From the NCBI RefSeq assembly GCF_056712565.1, contig NZ_CM160072.1: a stretch of DNA of 64,000 bases; one strand, given 5' to 3'. Each line of letters opens with the position of its first letter. The first letter of the stretch is position 1. The notes under the pieces are model-generated. The model searched no databases and was not told where the DNA came from. It was given only the letters and a program-made list of their open reading frames with translations. The translations under genes were made by a program, and so were the position numbers. Positions 12,024-23,205 of this stretch are shown here, one piece after another.

Positions 12024-12043
12024 CGCGTACAGGAAACACAGAA

Positions 12044-12078
12044 AAAAGCCCGCACCTGACAGTGCGGGCTTTTTTTTC
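12044..12078 (+). terminator. thr attenuator (rho-independent terminator)
   Basis: AAAGCCCGCAC-ctgaca-GTGCGGGCTTTTTTTT hairpin plus U-run between thrL and thrA. Confidence 0.88.
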
Positions 12079-12103
12079 GACCAAAGGTAACGAGGTAACA
12101 ACC

Positions 12104-14566
12104 ATGCGAGTGTTGAAGTTCGGCGGTACATCAGTGGCAAATGCAGAACGTTTTCTGCGGGTTGCCGATATTCTGGAAAGCAATGCCAGGCAGGGGCAGG
12201 TGGCGACCGTCCTCTCTGCCCCCGCCAAAATTACCAACCATCTGGTAGCGATGATTGAAAAAACCATTAGCGGCCAAGATGCTTTACCCAATATCAGCGA
12301 TGCCGAACGTATTTTTGCCGAACTTCTGACGGGACTCGCCGCCGCCCAGCCGGGATTTCCGCTGGCACAATTGAAAACTTTCGTCGACCAGGAATTTGCC
12401 CAAATAAAACATGTCCTGCATGGCATTAGTTTGTTGGGGCAGTGCCCGGATAGCATCAACGCTGCGCTGATTTGCCGTGGCGAGAAAATGTCGATCGCCA
12501 TTATGGCCGGCGTGTTAGAAGCGCGTGGTCACAACGTTACCGTTATCGATCCGGTCGAAAAACTGCTTGCAGTGGGGCATTACCTCGAATCTACCGTTGA
12601 TATTGCTGAGTCCACCCGCCGTATTGCGGCAAGCCGCATTCCGGCTGACCACATGGTGCTGATGGCTGGTTTCACTGCCGGTAATGAAAAAGGCGAGCTG
12701 GTGGTTCTGGGACGCAACGGTTCCGACTACTCCGCTGCGGTGCTGGCGGCCTGTTTACGCGCCGATTGTTGCGAGATCTGGACGGATGTTGACGGTGTTT
12801 ATACCTGCGATCCGCGTCAGGTGCCCGATGCGAGGTTGTTGAAGTCGATGTCCTATCAGGAAGCGATGGAGCTTTCTTACTTCGGCGCTAAAGTTCTTCA
12901 CCCCCGCACCATCACCCCCATCGCCCAGTTTCAGATCCCTTGCCTGATTAAAAATACCGGAAATCCTCAAGCTCCAGGTACGCTCATTGGTGCCAGCCGT
13001 GATGAAGACGAATTACCGGTCAAGGGCATTTCCAATCTGAATAACATGGCAATGTTCAGCGTTTCCGGCCCGGGGATGAAAGGGATGGTTGGCATGGCGG
13101 CGCGCGTCTTTGCAGCGATGTCACGCGCCCGTATTTCCGTGGTGCTGATTACGCAATCATCTTCCGAATACAGTATCAGTTTCTGCGTTCCGCAAAGCGA
13201 CTGTGTGCGAGCTGAACGGGCAATGCAGGAAGAGTTCTACCTGGAACTGAAAGAAGGCTTACTGGAGCCGTTGGCGGTGACGGAACGGCTGGCCATTATC
13301 TCGGTGGTAGGTGATGGTATGCGCACCTTACGTGGGATCTCGGCGAAATTCTTTGCCGCGCTGGCCCGCGCCAATATCAACATTGTCGCCATTGCTCAGG
13401 GATCTTCTGAACGCTCAATCTCTGTCGTGGTCAATAACGATGATGCGACCACTGGCGTGCGCGTTACTCATCAGATGCTGTTCAATACCGATCAGGTTAT
13501 CGAAGTGTTTGTGATTGGCGTCGGTGGCGTTGGCGGTGCGCTGCTGGAGCAACTGAAGCGTCAGCAAAGCTGGTTGAAGAATAAACATATCGACTTACGT
13601 GTCTGCGGTGTTGCTAACTCGAAGGCACTGCTCACCAATGTACATGGCCTTAATCTGGAAAACTGGCAGGAAGAACTGGCGCAAGCCAAAGAGCCGTTTA
13701 ATCTCGGGCGCTTAATTCGCCTCGTGAAAGAATATCATCTGCTGAACCCGGTCATTGTTGACTGTACTTCCAGCCAGGCAGTGGCGGATCAATATGCCGA
13801 CTTCCTGCGCGAAGGTTTCCACGTTGTTACGCCGAACAAAAAGGCCAACACCTCGTCGATGGATTACTACCATCAGTTGCGTTATGCGGCGGAAAAATCG
13901 CGGCGTAAATTCCTCTATGACACCAACGTTGGGGCTGGATTACCGGTTATCGAGAACCTGCAAAATCTGCTCAATGCTGGTGATGAATTGATGAAGTTCT
14001 CCGGCATTCTTTCAGGTTCGCTTTCTTATATCTTCGGCAAGTTAGACGAAGGCATGAGTTTCTCCGAGGCGACCACACTGGCGCGGGAAATGGGTTATAC
14101 CGAACCGGACCCGCGAGATGATCTTTCTGGTATGGATGTGGCGCGTAAGCTATTGATTCTCGCTCGTGAAACGGGACGTGAACTGGAGCTGGCGGATATT
14201 GAAATTGAACCTGTGCTGCCCGCAGAGTTTAACGCCGAGGGTGATGTCGCCGCTTTTATGGCGAATCTGTCACAGCTCGACGATCTCTTTGCCGCGCGTG
14301 TGGCGAAGGCCCGTGATGAAGGAAAAGTTTTGCGCTATGTTGGCAATATTGATGAAGATGGCGTCTGCCGCGTGAAGATTGCCGAAGTGGATGGTAATGA
14401 TCCGCTGTTCAAAGTGAAAAATGGCGAAAACGCCCTGGCCTTCTATAGCCACTATTATCAGCCGCTGCCGTTGGTACTGCGCGGATATGGTGCGGGCAAT
14501 GACGTTACAGCTGCCGGTGTCTTTGCTGATCTGCTACGTACCCTCTCATGGAAGTTAGGAGTCTGA
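12104..14566 (+). CDS. thrA: Bifunctional aspartokinase I / homoserine dehydrogenase I
   Basis: 820-aa protein [26 protein letters not shown]...; ORF-track start at 12062 lies inside the attenuator hairpin, so the ATG at 12104 was used. Confidence 0.97.
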
Positions 14567-14567
14567 C

Positions 14568-15500
14568 ATGGTTAAAGTTTATGCCCCGGCTTCCAGTGCC
14601 AATATGAGCGTCGGGTTTGATGTGCTCGGGGCGGCGGTGACACCTGTTGATGGTGCATTGCTCGGAGATGTAGTCACGGTTGAGGCGGCAGAGACATTCA
14701 GTCTCAACAACCTCGGACGCTTTGCCGATAAGCTGCCGTCAGAGCCACGGGAAAATATCGTTTATCAGTGCTGGGAGCGTTTTTGCCAGGAGCTTGGCAA
14801 GCAAATTCCAGTGGCGATGACTCTGGAAAAGAATATGCCGATCGGTTCGGGCTTAGGCTCCAGCGCCTGTTCAGTGGTCGCGGCGCTGATGGCGATGAAT
14901 GAACACTGCGGCAAGCCGCTTAATGACACTCGTTTGCTGGCTTTGATGGGCGAGTTGGAAGGGCGTATCTCCGGCAGCATTCATTACGACAACGTGGCAC
15001 CGTGTTTTCTTGGTGGTATGCAGTTGATGATTGAAGAAAACGACATCATCAGTCAGCAAGTGCCAGGGTTTGATGAGTGGCTGTGGGTGCTGGCGTATCC
15101 GGGGATTAAAGTCTCGACGGCAGAAGCCAGGGCTATTTTACCGGCGCAGTATCGCCGCCAGGATTGCATTGCGCACGGGCGACATCTGGCAGGCTTCATT
15201 CACGCCTGCTATTCCCGTCAGCCTGAGCTTGCCGCGAAGCTGATGAAAGATGTTATCGCTGAACCCTACCGTGAACGGTTACTGCCAGGCTTCCGGCAGG
15301 CGCGGCAGGCGGTTGCGGAAATCGGCGCGGTAGCGAGCGGTATCTCCGGCTCCGGCCCGACTTTGTTCGCTCTGTGTGACAAGCCGGATACCGCCCAGCG
15401 CGTTGCCGACTGGTTGGGTAAAAACTACCTGCAAAATCAGGAAGGTTTTGTTCATATTTGCCGGCTGGATACGGCGGGCGCACGAGTACTGGAAAACTAA
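14568..15500 (+). CDS. thrB: Homoserine kinase
   Basis: 310-aa [27 protein letters not shown]... with GHMP kinase motif [10 protein letters not shown]. Confidence 0.97.
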
Positions 15501-16787
15501 ATGAAACTCTACAATCTGAAAGATCACAATGAGCAGGTCAGCTTTGCGCAAGCCGTAACCCAGGGGTTGGGCAAAAATCAGGGGCTGTTTTTCCCGCACG
15601 ACCTGCCGGAATTCAGCCTGACTGAAATTGATGAGATGCTGAAGCTGGATTTTGTCACCCGCAGTGCGAAGATCCTCTCGGCGTTTATTGGTGATGAAAT
15701 CCCGCAGGAAATCCTGGAAGAGCGCGTACGCGCGGCGTTTGCCTTCCCGGCTCCGGTCGCCAATGTTGAAAGCGATGTCGGTTGTCTGGAATTGTTCCAC
15801 GGGCCAACGCTGGCATTTAAAGATTTCGGCGGTCGCTTTATGGCACAAATACTGACCCATATTGCGGGCGATAAGCCAGTGACCATTCTGACCGCGACAT
15901 CCGGTGATACTGGAGCGGCAGTGGCTCATGCTTTCTACGGTTTACCGAATGTGAAAGTGGTTATCCTCTATCCACGAGGCAAAATCAGTCCACTGCAAGA
16001 AAAACTGTTCTGTACATTGGGCGGCAATATCGAAACTGTTGCCATCGACGGCGATTTCGATGCCTGTCAGGCGCTGGTGAAGCAGGCGTTTGATGATGAA
16101 GAACTGAAAGTGGCGCTGGGGCTAAACTCTGCTAACTCCATTAACATCAGCCGTTTGCTGGCGCAGATTTGCTACTACTTTGAAGCTGTTGCGCAGCTGC
16201 CGCAGGAAGCGCGCAACCAGCTGGTTGTCTCGGTGCCAAGCGGAAACTTCGGCGATTTGACGGCGGGTCTGCTGGCGAAGTCACTCGGTCTGCCGGTGAA
16301 ACGTTTTATTGCTGCGACCAACGTGAACGATACCGTGCCACGTTTCCTGCACGACGGTCAGTGGTCACCCAAAGCGACTCAGGCGACGTTATCCAATGCG
16401 ATGGATGTTAGCCAGCCAAACAACTGGCCGCGTGTGGAAGAGTTGTTCCGCCGCAAAATCTGGCAACTGAAAGAGCTGGGGTATGCAGCCGTGGATGATG
16501 AAACCACGCAACAGACAATGCGTGAGTTAAAAGAACTGGGCTATACCTCGGAGCCGCACGCTGCCGTAGCTTATCGTGCGCTGCGTGACCAGTTGAATCC
16601 AGGCGAATATGGCTTGTTCCTCGGCACCGCGCATCCGGCGAAATTTAAAGAGAGCGTGGAAGCGATTCTCGGTGAAACGTTGGATCTGCCAAAAGAGCTG
16701 GCAGAACGTGCTGATTTACCCTTGCTTTCGCATAACCTGCCCGCCGATTTTGCTGCGTTGCGTAAATTGATGATGAATCATCAGTAA
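15501..16787 (+). CDS. thrC: Threonine synthase
   Basis: 428-aa ORF MKLYNLKDHNEQVSFAQAVTQGLG... with PLP-lysine region FHGPTLAFKDFGGRF. Confidence 0.97.
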   Translation: MKLYNLKDHNEQVSFAQAVTQGLGKNQGLFFPHDLPEFSLTEIDEMLKLDFVTRSAKILSAFIGDEIPQEILEERVRAAFAFPAPVANVESDVGCLELFHGPTLAFKDFGGRFMAQILTHIAGDKPVTILTATSGDTGAAVAHAFYGLPNVKVVILYPRGKISPLQEKLFCTLGGNIETVAIDGDFDACQALVKQAFDDEELKVALGLNSANSINISRLLAQICYYFEAVAQLPQEARNQLVVSVPSGNFGDLTAGLLAKSLGLPVKRFIAATNVNDTVPRFLHDGQWSPKATQATLSNAMDVSQPNNWPRVEELFRRKIWQLKELGYAAVDDETTQQTMRELKELGYTSEPHAAVAYRALRDQLNPGEYGLFLGTAHPAKFKESVEAILGETLDLPKELAERADLPLLSHNLPADFAALRKLMMNHQ

Positions 16788-16808
16788 CATCTATTCATTA
16801 TCTCAATC

Positions 16809-16844
16809 AGGCCGGGTTTGCTTTTATGCAGCCCGGCTTTTTTA
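16809..16844 (+). terminator. Probable thr operon terminator
   Basis: GCCGGG...CCCGGC stem followed by TTTTTT about 25 bp after the thrC stop. Confidence 0.55.
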
Positions 16845-17000
16845 TGAAGAAAATATGGAGAAAAACGACAGGGAAAAAGGAGAAATTCTCAATAAATGCG
16901 GTAAATTAGAGATTAGGATTGCGGAGAATAACAACTGCCGTTCTCATCGCGTAATCTCCGGATATCGACCCATAACGGGCAATGATAAAAGGAGTAACCT

Positions 17001-17297
17001 GTGAAAAAGATGCAATCTATCGTACTCGCACTTTCCCTGGTTCTGGTCGCTCCCATGGCAGCGCAGGCTGCGGAAATTACGCTAGTCCCGTCAGTAAAAT
17101 TACAGATAGGCGATCGTGATAATCGTGGCTATTACTGGGATGGCGGTCACTGGCGCGACCACGGCTGGTGGAAACAACATTATGAATGGCGAGGCAATCG
17201 CTGGCACCCATATGGACCGCCGCCATCGCCGCGCCATAACAAGCACAATGATCATCGTGGCGATCATCGTCCGGAGCCGGACAAACATCATCGCTAA
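17001..17297 (+). CDS. yaaX: His/Trp-rich small secreted protein YaaX (DUF2502)
   Basis: 98-aa ORF with GTG start, signal peptide ([23 protein letters not shown]) and a His/Trp/Arg-rich mature region. Confidence 0.85.
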   Translation: MKKMQSIVLALSLVLVAPMAAQAAEITLVPSVKLQIGDRDNRGYYWDGGHWRDHGWWKQHYEWRGNRWHPYGPPPSPRHNKHNDHRGDHRPEPDKHHR

Positions 17298-17336
17298 ATA
17301 TCAATGCCGGATTACCATCCGGCATTGACTACAAAC

Positions 17337-18113
17337 TTAACGCTGCTCGTAGCGTTTAAACACCAGTTCGCCATTGCTGGAGGAAGCTTCATCAAAGAAG
17401 TAACCTTCGCTATTAAAACCAGTCAGTTGCTCTGGTTTGGTCAGCCGATTTTCAATAATGAAACGACTCATCAGACCGCGTGCTTTCTTAGCGTAGAAGC
17501 TGATTATCTTAAATTTGCCGTTCTTCTCATCGAGGAACACTGGCTTGATAATCTCGGCATTCAATTTCTTCGGCTTCACCGATTTAAAATACTCATCTGA
17601 CGCCAGATTTATCACCACATTATCGCCTTGTGCTGCGAGCGCCTCGTTCAGCTTGTTGGTGATGATATCTCCCCAGAATTGATACAGATCTTTCCCTCGG
17701 GCATTCTCAAGACGTATCCCCATTTCCAGACGATAAGGCTGCATTAAATCGAGCGGGCGCAGTACGCCATACAAGCCGGAAAGCATTCGCAAATGCTGTT
17801 GGGCAAAATCGAAATCGTCTTCGCTGAAGGTTTCGGCCTGCAAGCCAGTGTAGACATCACCTTTAAACACCAGAATTGCCTGGCGGGCATTCTCCGGTGT
17901 GAAATTTGGCTGCCAGTCATGAAAGCGAGCGGCGTTGATACCCGCCAGTTTGTCGCTGATGCGCATCAGGGAGCTAATCTGCGGGGGCGTCAGTTTCCGC
18001 GCTTCATGGATCAGCTGCTGGGCGTTGTCTAACAGCTCCGGCAGCGTATAGCGCGTGGTGGTCAACGGGCTTTGGTAATCAAGCGTTTTCGCAGGTGAAA
18101 TAAGAATCAGCAT
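17337..18113 (-). CDS. yaaA: Peroxide stress resistance protein YaaA (DUF328/UPF0246)
   Basis: 258-aa [31 protein letters not shown]...; matches YaaA. Confidence 0.92.
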   Translation of the reverse strand: MLILISPAKTLDYQSPLTTTRYTLPELLDNAQQLIHEARKLTPPQISSLMRISDKLAGINAARFHDWQPNFTPENARQAILVFKGDVYTGLQAETFSEDDFDFAQQHLRMLSGLYGVLRPLDLMQPYRLEMGIRLENARGKDLYQFWGDIITNKLNEALAAQGDNVVINLASDEYFKSVKPKKLNAEIIKPVFLDEKNGKFKIISFYAKKARGLMSRFIIENRLTKPEQLTGFNSEGYFFDEASSSNGELVFKRYEQR

Positions 18114-18182
18114 ATCCAGTCCTTGCAGGAAATTTATGCCGACTTTAGCAAAAAAAGAGAATGAGTTGATCGATAGTTGTGA

Positions 18183-19613
18183 TTACTCCTGCGAAACATC
18201 ATCCCACGCGTCTGGAGAAAGCTGGCGACCGATCTCCGGATAACGCAACGGATCAAACACCGGACGCACGCCGAGTTTACGCTGGCGTAGATAATCACTG
18301 GCAATGGTATGAACCACAGGCGAGAGCAGTAATATGGCGGTCAAATTGGTAATAGCCATGCAGGCCATAATGATATCTGCCAGTTGCCACATCAGCGGAA
18401 GACTTAGCAAGGTGCCGCCGATGACCGTTGCGAAGGTGCAGATCCGCAGACACCAGATCGCTTTAGGGTTGTTCAGGCGTAAAAAGAAGAGATTGTTTTC
18501 GGCATAAATGTAGTTGGTAACGATGGAGCTGAAGGCAAACAGAATAACCACGAGGGTAACAAACTCCGCACCCCAGGAACCCATTAGCACCCGCATCGCC
18601 TTCTGGATAAGCTGAATACCTTCCAGCGGCATGTAGGTTGTGCCGTTACCCGCCAGTAATATCAGCATGGCGCTTGCCGTGCAGATGACCAGGGTGTCGA
18701 TAAAAATGCCAATCATCTGGACAATTCCTTGCGCTGCCGGATGCGGAGGCCAGGACGCAGCTGCCGCTGCCGCGTTTGGCGTCGACCCCATTCCCGCCTC
18801 ATTGGAAAACATACTGCGCTGAAAACCGTTAGTAATCGCCTGGCTTAAGGTATATCCCGCCGCGCCGCCTGCAGCTTCCTGCCAGCCAAAAGCACTCTCA
18901 AAAATAGACCAAATGACGTGGGGAAGTTGCCCGATATTCATTACGCAAATCACCAGGCAGGTCAGTACCCAGATTATCGCCATCAACGGGACAAACCCCT
19001 GCATGAGCCGGGCGACGCCATGAAGACCGCGAGTGATCGCCAGCAGAGCAAAGACAGCGAGAATAATACCTGTTACCAGCGGGGGAAAATCAAAAGAAAA
19101 ACTCAGAGCTCGCGCAACGGCGTTCGCCTGAACTCCGCTGAAAATTATGGCGTAGGCGATGAGCAAAAAGACGGCGAACAGAACGCCCATCCAGCGCATC
19201 CCCAGCCCGCGCGCCATATACCATGCCGGTCCGCCACGAAACTGCCCATTGGCATCACGTTCTTTATAAAGCTGTGCGAGGGAACATTCGGCAAACGAGG
19301 TCGCCATGCCGATAAATGCGGCAACCCACATCCAGAAGACGGCTCCAGGTCCACCGGCGGTAATTGCCAGCGCAACGCCGGCCAGGTTGCCGCTACCCAC
19401 GCGCGCTGCAAGACTGGTACACAATGACTGAAATGAGGTTAAACCGCCTGGCTGTGGATGAATGCTATTTTTAAGACTTTTGCCAAACTGGCGGATGTAG
19501 CGAAACTGCACAAATCCGGTGCGAAAAGTGAACCAACAACCTGCGCCGAAGAGCAGGTAAATCATTACCGATCCCCAAAGGACGCTGTTAATAAAGGAGA
19601 AAAAATCTGGCAT
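18183..19613 (-). CDS. yaaJ: Alanine/glycine:cation symporter family transporter YaaJ
   Basis: 476-aa polytopic membrane ORF MPDFFSFINSVLWGSVMIYLLFGAG...; AGCS family. Confidence 0.9.
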   Translation of the reverse strand: MPDFFSFINSVLWGSVMIYLLFGAGCWFTFRTGFVQFRYIRQFGKSLKNSIHPQPGGLTSFQSLCTSLAARVGSGNLAGVALAITAGGPGAVFWMWVAAFIGMATSFAECSLAQLYKERDANGQFRGGPAWYMARGLGMRWMGVLFAVFLLIAYAIIFSGVQANAVARALSFSFDFPPLVTGIILAVFALLAITRGLHGVARLMQGFVPLMAIIWVLTCLVICVMNIGQLPHVIWSIFESAFGWQEAAGGAAGYTLSQAITNGFQRSMFSNEAGMGSTPNAAAAAASWPPHPAAQGIVQMIGIFIDTLVICTASAMLILLAGNGTTYMPLEGIQLIQKAMRVLMGSWGAEFVTLVVILFAFSSIVTNYIYAENNLFFLRLNNPKAIWCLRICTFATVIGGTLLSLPLMWQLADIIMACMAITNLTAILLLSPVVHTIASDYLRQRKLGVRPVFDPLRYPEIGRQLSPDAWDDVSQE

Positions 19614-19891
19614 GCATATCCCTCTTATTGCCGGTCGCGATGACTTTCCTGTGTAAACGTTACCAATTGTTTAAGAAGTATATACGCTACGAGGTACTTG
19701 ATAACTTCTGCGTAGCATACATGAGGTTTTGTATAAAAATGGCGGGCGATATCAACGCAGTGTCAGAAATCCGAAACAGTCTCGCCTGGCGATAACCGTC
19801 TTGTCGGCGGTTGCGCTGACGTTGCGTCGTGATATCATCAGGGCAGACCGGTTACATCCCCCTAACAAGCTGTTTAAAGAGAAATACTATC

Positions 19892-20845
19892 ATGACGGAC
19901 AAATTGACCTCCCTTCGTCAGTACACCACCGTAGTGGCCGACACTGGGGACATCGCGGCAATGAAGCTGTATCAACCGCAGGATGCCACAACCAACCCTT
20001 CTCTCATTCTTAACGCAGCGCAGATTCCGGAATACCGTAAGTTGATTGATGATGCTGTCGCCTGGGCGAAACAGCAGAGCAACGATCGCGCGCAGCAGAT
20101 CGTGGACGCGACCGACAAACTGGCCGTAAATATTGGTCTGGAAATCCTGAAACTGGTTCCGGGCCGTATCTCAACTGAAGTTGATGCGCGTCTTTCCTAT
20201 GACACCGAAGCGTCAATTGCGAAAGCAAAACGCCTGATCAAACTCTACAACGATGCAGGTATTAGCAACGATCGTATTCTGATCAAACTGGCTTCTACCT
20301 GGCAGGGTATCCGTGCTGCGGAACAGCTGGAAAAAGAAGGCATCAACTGTAACCTGACCCTGCTGTTCTCCTTCGCTCAGGCTCGTGCTTGTGCGGAAGC
20401 GGGCGTGTTCCTGATCTCGCCGTTTGTTGGCCGTATTCTTGACTGGTACAAAGCGAATACCGATAAGAAAGAGTACGCTCCGGCAGAAGATCCGGGCGTG
20501 GTTTCTGTATCTGAAATCTACCAGTACTACAAAGAGCATGGTTATGAAACCGTGGTTATGGGCGCAAGCTTCCGTAACATCGGCGAAATTCTGGAACTGG
20601 CAGGCTGCGACCGTCTGACCATCGCACCGGCACTGCTGAAAGAGCTGGCGGAGAGCGAAGGGGCTATCGAACGTAAACTGTCTTACACTGGTGAAGTGAA
20701 AGCGCGTCCGGCGCGTATCACTGAGTCCGAGTTCCTGTGGCAGCACAACCAGGATCCAATGGCAGTAGATAAACTGGCGGAAGGTATCCGTAAGTTTGCT
20801 GTTGACCAGGAAAAACTGGAAAAAATGATCGGCGATCTGCTGTAA
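19892..20845 (+). CDS. talB: Transaldolase B
   Basis: 317-aa protein [25 protein letters not shown]...; start set at the internal ATG at 19892 (ORF track starts upstream at 19829). Confidence 0.97.
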
Positions 20846-20852
20846 TCATACT

Positions 20853-20880
20853 TAGCGTGACCGGGAAGTCGGTCACGCTA
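20853..20880 (+). terminator. Hairpin after talB (possible terminator)
   Basis: TAGCGTGACCG-ggaagt-CGGTCACGCTA perfect inverted repeat 8 bp after the talB stop; no strong U-run. Confidence 0.45.
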
Positions 20881-20959
20881 CCTCTTCTGAAACCTGTCTG
20901 TCACTCCCTTCGCAGTGTATCATTCTGTTTAACGAGACTGTTTAAACGGAAAAATCTTG

Positions 20960-21547
20960 ATGAATACTTTACGTATTGGCTTAGTTTCCATCTCTGATCG
21001 CGCATCCAGCGGCGTTTATCAGGATAAAGGCATCCCTGCGCTGGAAGAATGGCTGACATCGGCGCTAACCACGCCGTTTGAACTGGAAACCCGCTTAATC
21101 CCCGATGAGCAGGCGATCATCGAGCAAACGTTGTGTGAGCTGGTGGATGAAATGAGTTGCCATCTGGTGCTCACCACGGGCGGAACTGGCCCGGCGCGTC
21201 GTGACGTAACGCCCGATGCGACGCTGGCAGTAGCGGACCGCGAGATGCCAGGCTTTGGTGAACAGATGCGCCAGATCAGCCTGCATTTTGTACCAACTGC
21301 GATCCTTTCGCGTCAGGTGGGGGTGATTCGCAAACAGGCGCTGATCCTTAACTTACCCGGTCAACCGAAGTCTATTAAAGAGACGCTGGAAGGTGTGAAG
21401 GACGCTGAGGGTAACGTTGTGGTGCACGGTATTTTTGCCAGCGTACCGTACTGCATTCAGTTGCTGGAAGGGCCATACGTTGAAACGGCACCGGAAGTGG
21501 TTGCAGCATTCAGACCGAAGAGTGCAAGACGCGAAGTTAGCGAATAA
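20960..21547 (+). CDS. mog: Molybdopterin adenylyltransferase Mog
   Basis: ORF MNTLRIGLVSISDRASSGVYQDKGIPALEEW...; MoaB/MogA family. Start could be one codon earlier. Confidence 0.92.
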   Translation: MNTLRIGLVSISDRASSGVYQDKGIPALEEWLTSALTTPFELETRLIPDEQAIIEQTLCELVDEMSCHLVLTTGGTGPARRDVTPDATLAVADREMPGFGEQMRQISLHFVPTAILSRQVGVIRKQALILNLPGQPKSIKETLEGVKDAEGNVVVHGIFASVPYCIQLLEGPYVETAPEVVAAFRPKSARREVSE

Positions 21548-21593
21548 AAAAATCCCCCCAAGCGGGGGGATCAGACTGATGACAAACGCAAAA

Positions 21594-21694
21594 CTGCCTG
21601 ATGCGCTACGCTTATCAGGCCTACGATCTTCTTGCAATATATTGAATTTGCACGATTTTGTAGGCCGGATAAGGCGTTCACGCCGCATCCGGCA
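21594..21694. repeat. REP/BIME cluster between mog and satP
   Basis: CTGCCTGATGCGCTACGCTTATCAGGCCTAC and GTAGGCCGGATAAGGCGTTCACGCCGCATCCGGCA units in opposite orientation. Confidence 0.7.
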
Positions 21695-21751
21695 TAAACA
21701 AAGCGCACGTTGTTAACAATCTTATCCCTTCGAGCGGGGGGAGCTTAACAA

Positions 21752-22318
21752 TTAGTGAGACTCACCAATCGGCAGAACGGTGCGACCAAACTGCTCGTTC
21801 AGCACTTCACCCATCGCCAGATAGATTGCACTGGCACCGCAGATAAGACCAATCCAGCCGGCAAAGTGGATGATCGCGGCGTTACCGGCAATGTTACCGA
21901 TCGCCAGCAGGGCAAACAGCACGGTCAGGCTAAAGAAAACGAATTGCAGAACGCGTGCGCCTTTCAGCGTGCCGAAGAACATAAACAGCGTAAATATGCC
22001 CCACAGACCCAGGTAGACACCAAGGAACTGTGCATTTGGCGCATCGGTCAGCCCCAGTTTCGGCATCAGCAGAATTGCAACCAGCGTCAGCCAGAAAGAA
22101 CCGTAAGAGGTGAATGCGGTTAAACCGAAAGTGTTGCCTTTTTTGTACTCCAGCAGACCGGCAAAAATTTGCGCGATGCCGCCGTAGAAAATGCCCATGG
22201 CAAGAATAATACCGTCCAGAGCAAAATAACCCACGTTGTGCAGGTTAAGCAGAATGGTGGTCATGCCGAAGCCCATCAGGCCCAGCGGTGCCGGATTAGC
22301 CAACTTAGTGTTGCCCAT
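21752..22318 (-). CDS. satP: Succinate-acetate/proton symporter SatP (GPR1/FUN34/YaaH family)
   Basis: 188-aa six-TM ORF MGNTKLANPAPLGLMGFGMTTILLNLHN...; matches YaaH/SatP. Confidence 0.92.
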   Translation of the reverse strand: MGNTKLANPAPLGLMGFGMTTILLNLHNVGYFALDGIILAMGIFYGGIAQIFAGLLEYKKGNTFGLTAFTSYGSFWLTLVAILLMPKLGLTDAPNAQFLGVYLGLWGIFTLFMFFGTLKGARVLQFVFFSLTVLFALLAIGNIAGNAAIIHFAGWIGLICGASAIYLAMGEVLNEQFGRTVLPIGESH

Positions 22319-22466
22319 AATTCCTCAAAAATCATCATCGAATGAATGGTGAAATAATTTCCCTGAATAACTGTAGTGTTTTCAGGGCGCGGCATAATAA
22401 TCAGCCAGTGGGGCAGTGTCTACGATCTTTTGAGGGGAAAATGAAAATTTTCCCCGGTTTCCGGTA

Positions 22467-23180
22467 TCAGACCTGAGTGGCGCTAACCATCCGGCGCAGG
22501 CAGGCGATTTGCAGTACGGCTGGAATTGTCACGCGATAGGCACTGCCGCTGACCGCTTTAACCCCATTTAATGCTGCGCCCACAGGGCCTCCCAGACCCG
22601 CGCCGCGCAGCAAACCATGCCCAAGCACGCTCATTGCTGCGTGGGTGCGTAAAATGCGGGTCAATTGGCTGGAAAGCAAATGCGACACACCTTTTGCCAA
22701 TAATTTGTCTTTCATCAGCAGCGGCAGCAGCTCTTCCAGCTCATTCACCCTGGCATCGACCGCGTGCAGAAACTCCTGCTTATGTTCCTCGTCCATTTTC
22801 TTCCAGGTATTACGCAGAAATTGTTCCAGTAACTGTTGCTCAATTTCAAACGTAGACATCTCTTTGTCGGCTTTCAGCTTCAATCGCTTTGAAACATCGA
22901 GCAAAATGGCGCGATACAATTTACCGTGTCCGCGCAGTTTGTTGGCGATACTATCGCCACCAAAATGCTGTAATTCTCCGGCAATCAGCTGCCAGTTGCG
23001 GCGGTGTCGCTCGGGATGTCCTTCCATCGATTTAAACAGTTCGTTGCGCATCAGTACGCTGGAGAGGCGAGTTTTGCCTTTTTCATTATGGGTGAGCAGC
23101 CGGGCGAAATTTGCCAACTGTTCCTCACTACAATGCTGGAGAAAATCCAGATCTGAATCATTCAGGTAATTAACATTCAT
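22467..23180 (-). CDS. yaaW: UPF0174 family protein YaaW
   Basis: 237-aa ORF MNVNYLNDSDLDFLQHCSEEQLANFARLL...; matches YaaW. Confidence 0.85.
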   Translation of the reverse strand: MNVNYLNDSDLDFLQHCSEEQLANFARLLTHNEKGKTRLSSVLMRNELFKSMEGHPERHRRNWQLIAGELQHFGGDSIANKLRGHGKLYRAILLDVSKRLKLKADKEMSTFEIEQQLLEQFLRNTWKKMDEEHKQEFLHAVDARVNELEELLPLLMKDKLLAKGVSHLLSSQLTRILRTHAAMSVLGHGLLRGAGLGGPVGAALNGVKAVSGSAYRVTIPAVLQIACLRRMVSATQV

Positions 23181-23205
23181 TTTTTGTGGTTTCTATATTC
23201 TGGCG

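Noticed and set aside
12062-12103. Upstream-extended starts given by the ORF track (thrA 12062, talB 19829, dnaJ 25957, nhaR 33091, ispH 39471, carA 43284, caiF 48565, fixA 56742, sulfatase 28731, lasT 11037)
   Set aside because: In each case the extension overlaps a terminator, attenuator or upstream gene, or lacks an SD, whereas an internal start gives the known N-terminus with a plausible SD.
15279-15929. 216-aa minus-strand ORF across the thrB-thrC junction
   Set aside because: Antisense to two well-supported genes of the thr operon; no SD or conserved motif.
18918-19427. 169-aa plus-strand ORF inside yaaJ
   Set aside because: Antisense shadow frame of the yaaJ transporter gene; highly charged low-complexity translation.
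21548-21572. Hairpin ATCCCCCC-aagc-GGGGGGAT right after mog as a terminator
   Set aside because: Perfect stem but no following U-run on either strand; it may be part of the adjacent REP cluster, so not called as a feature.
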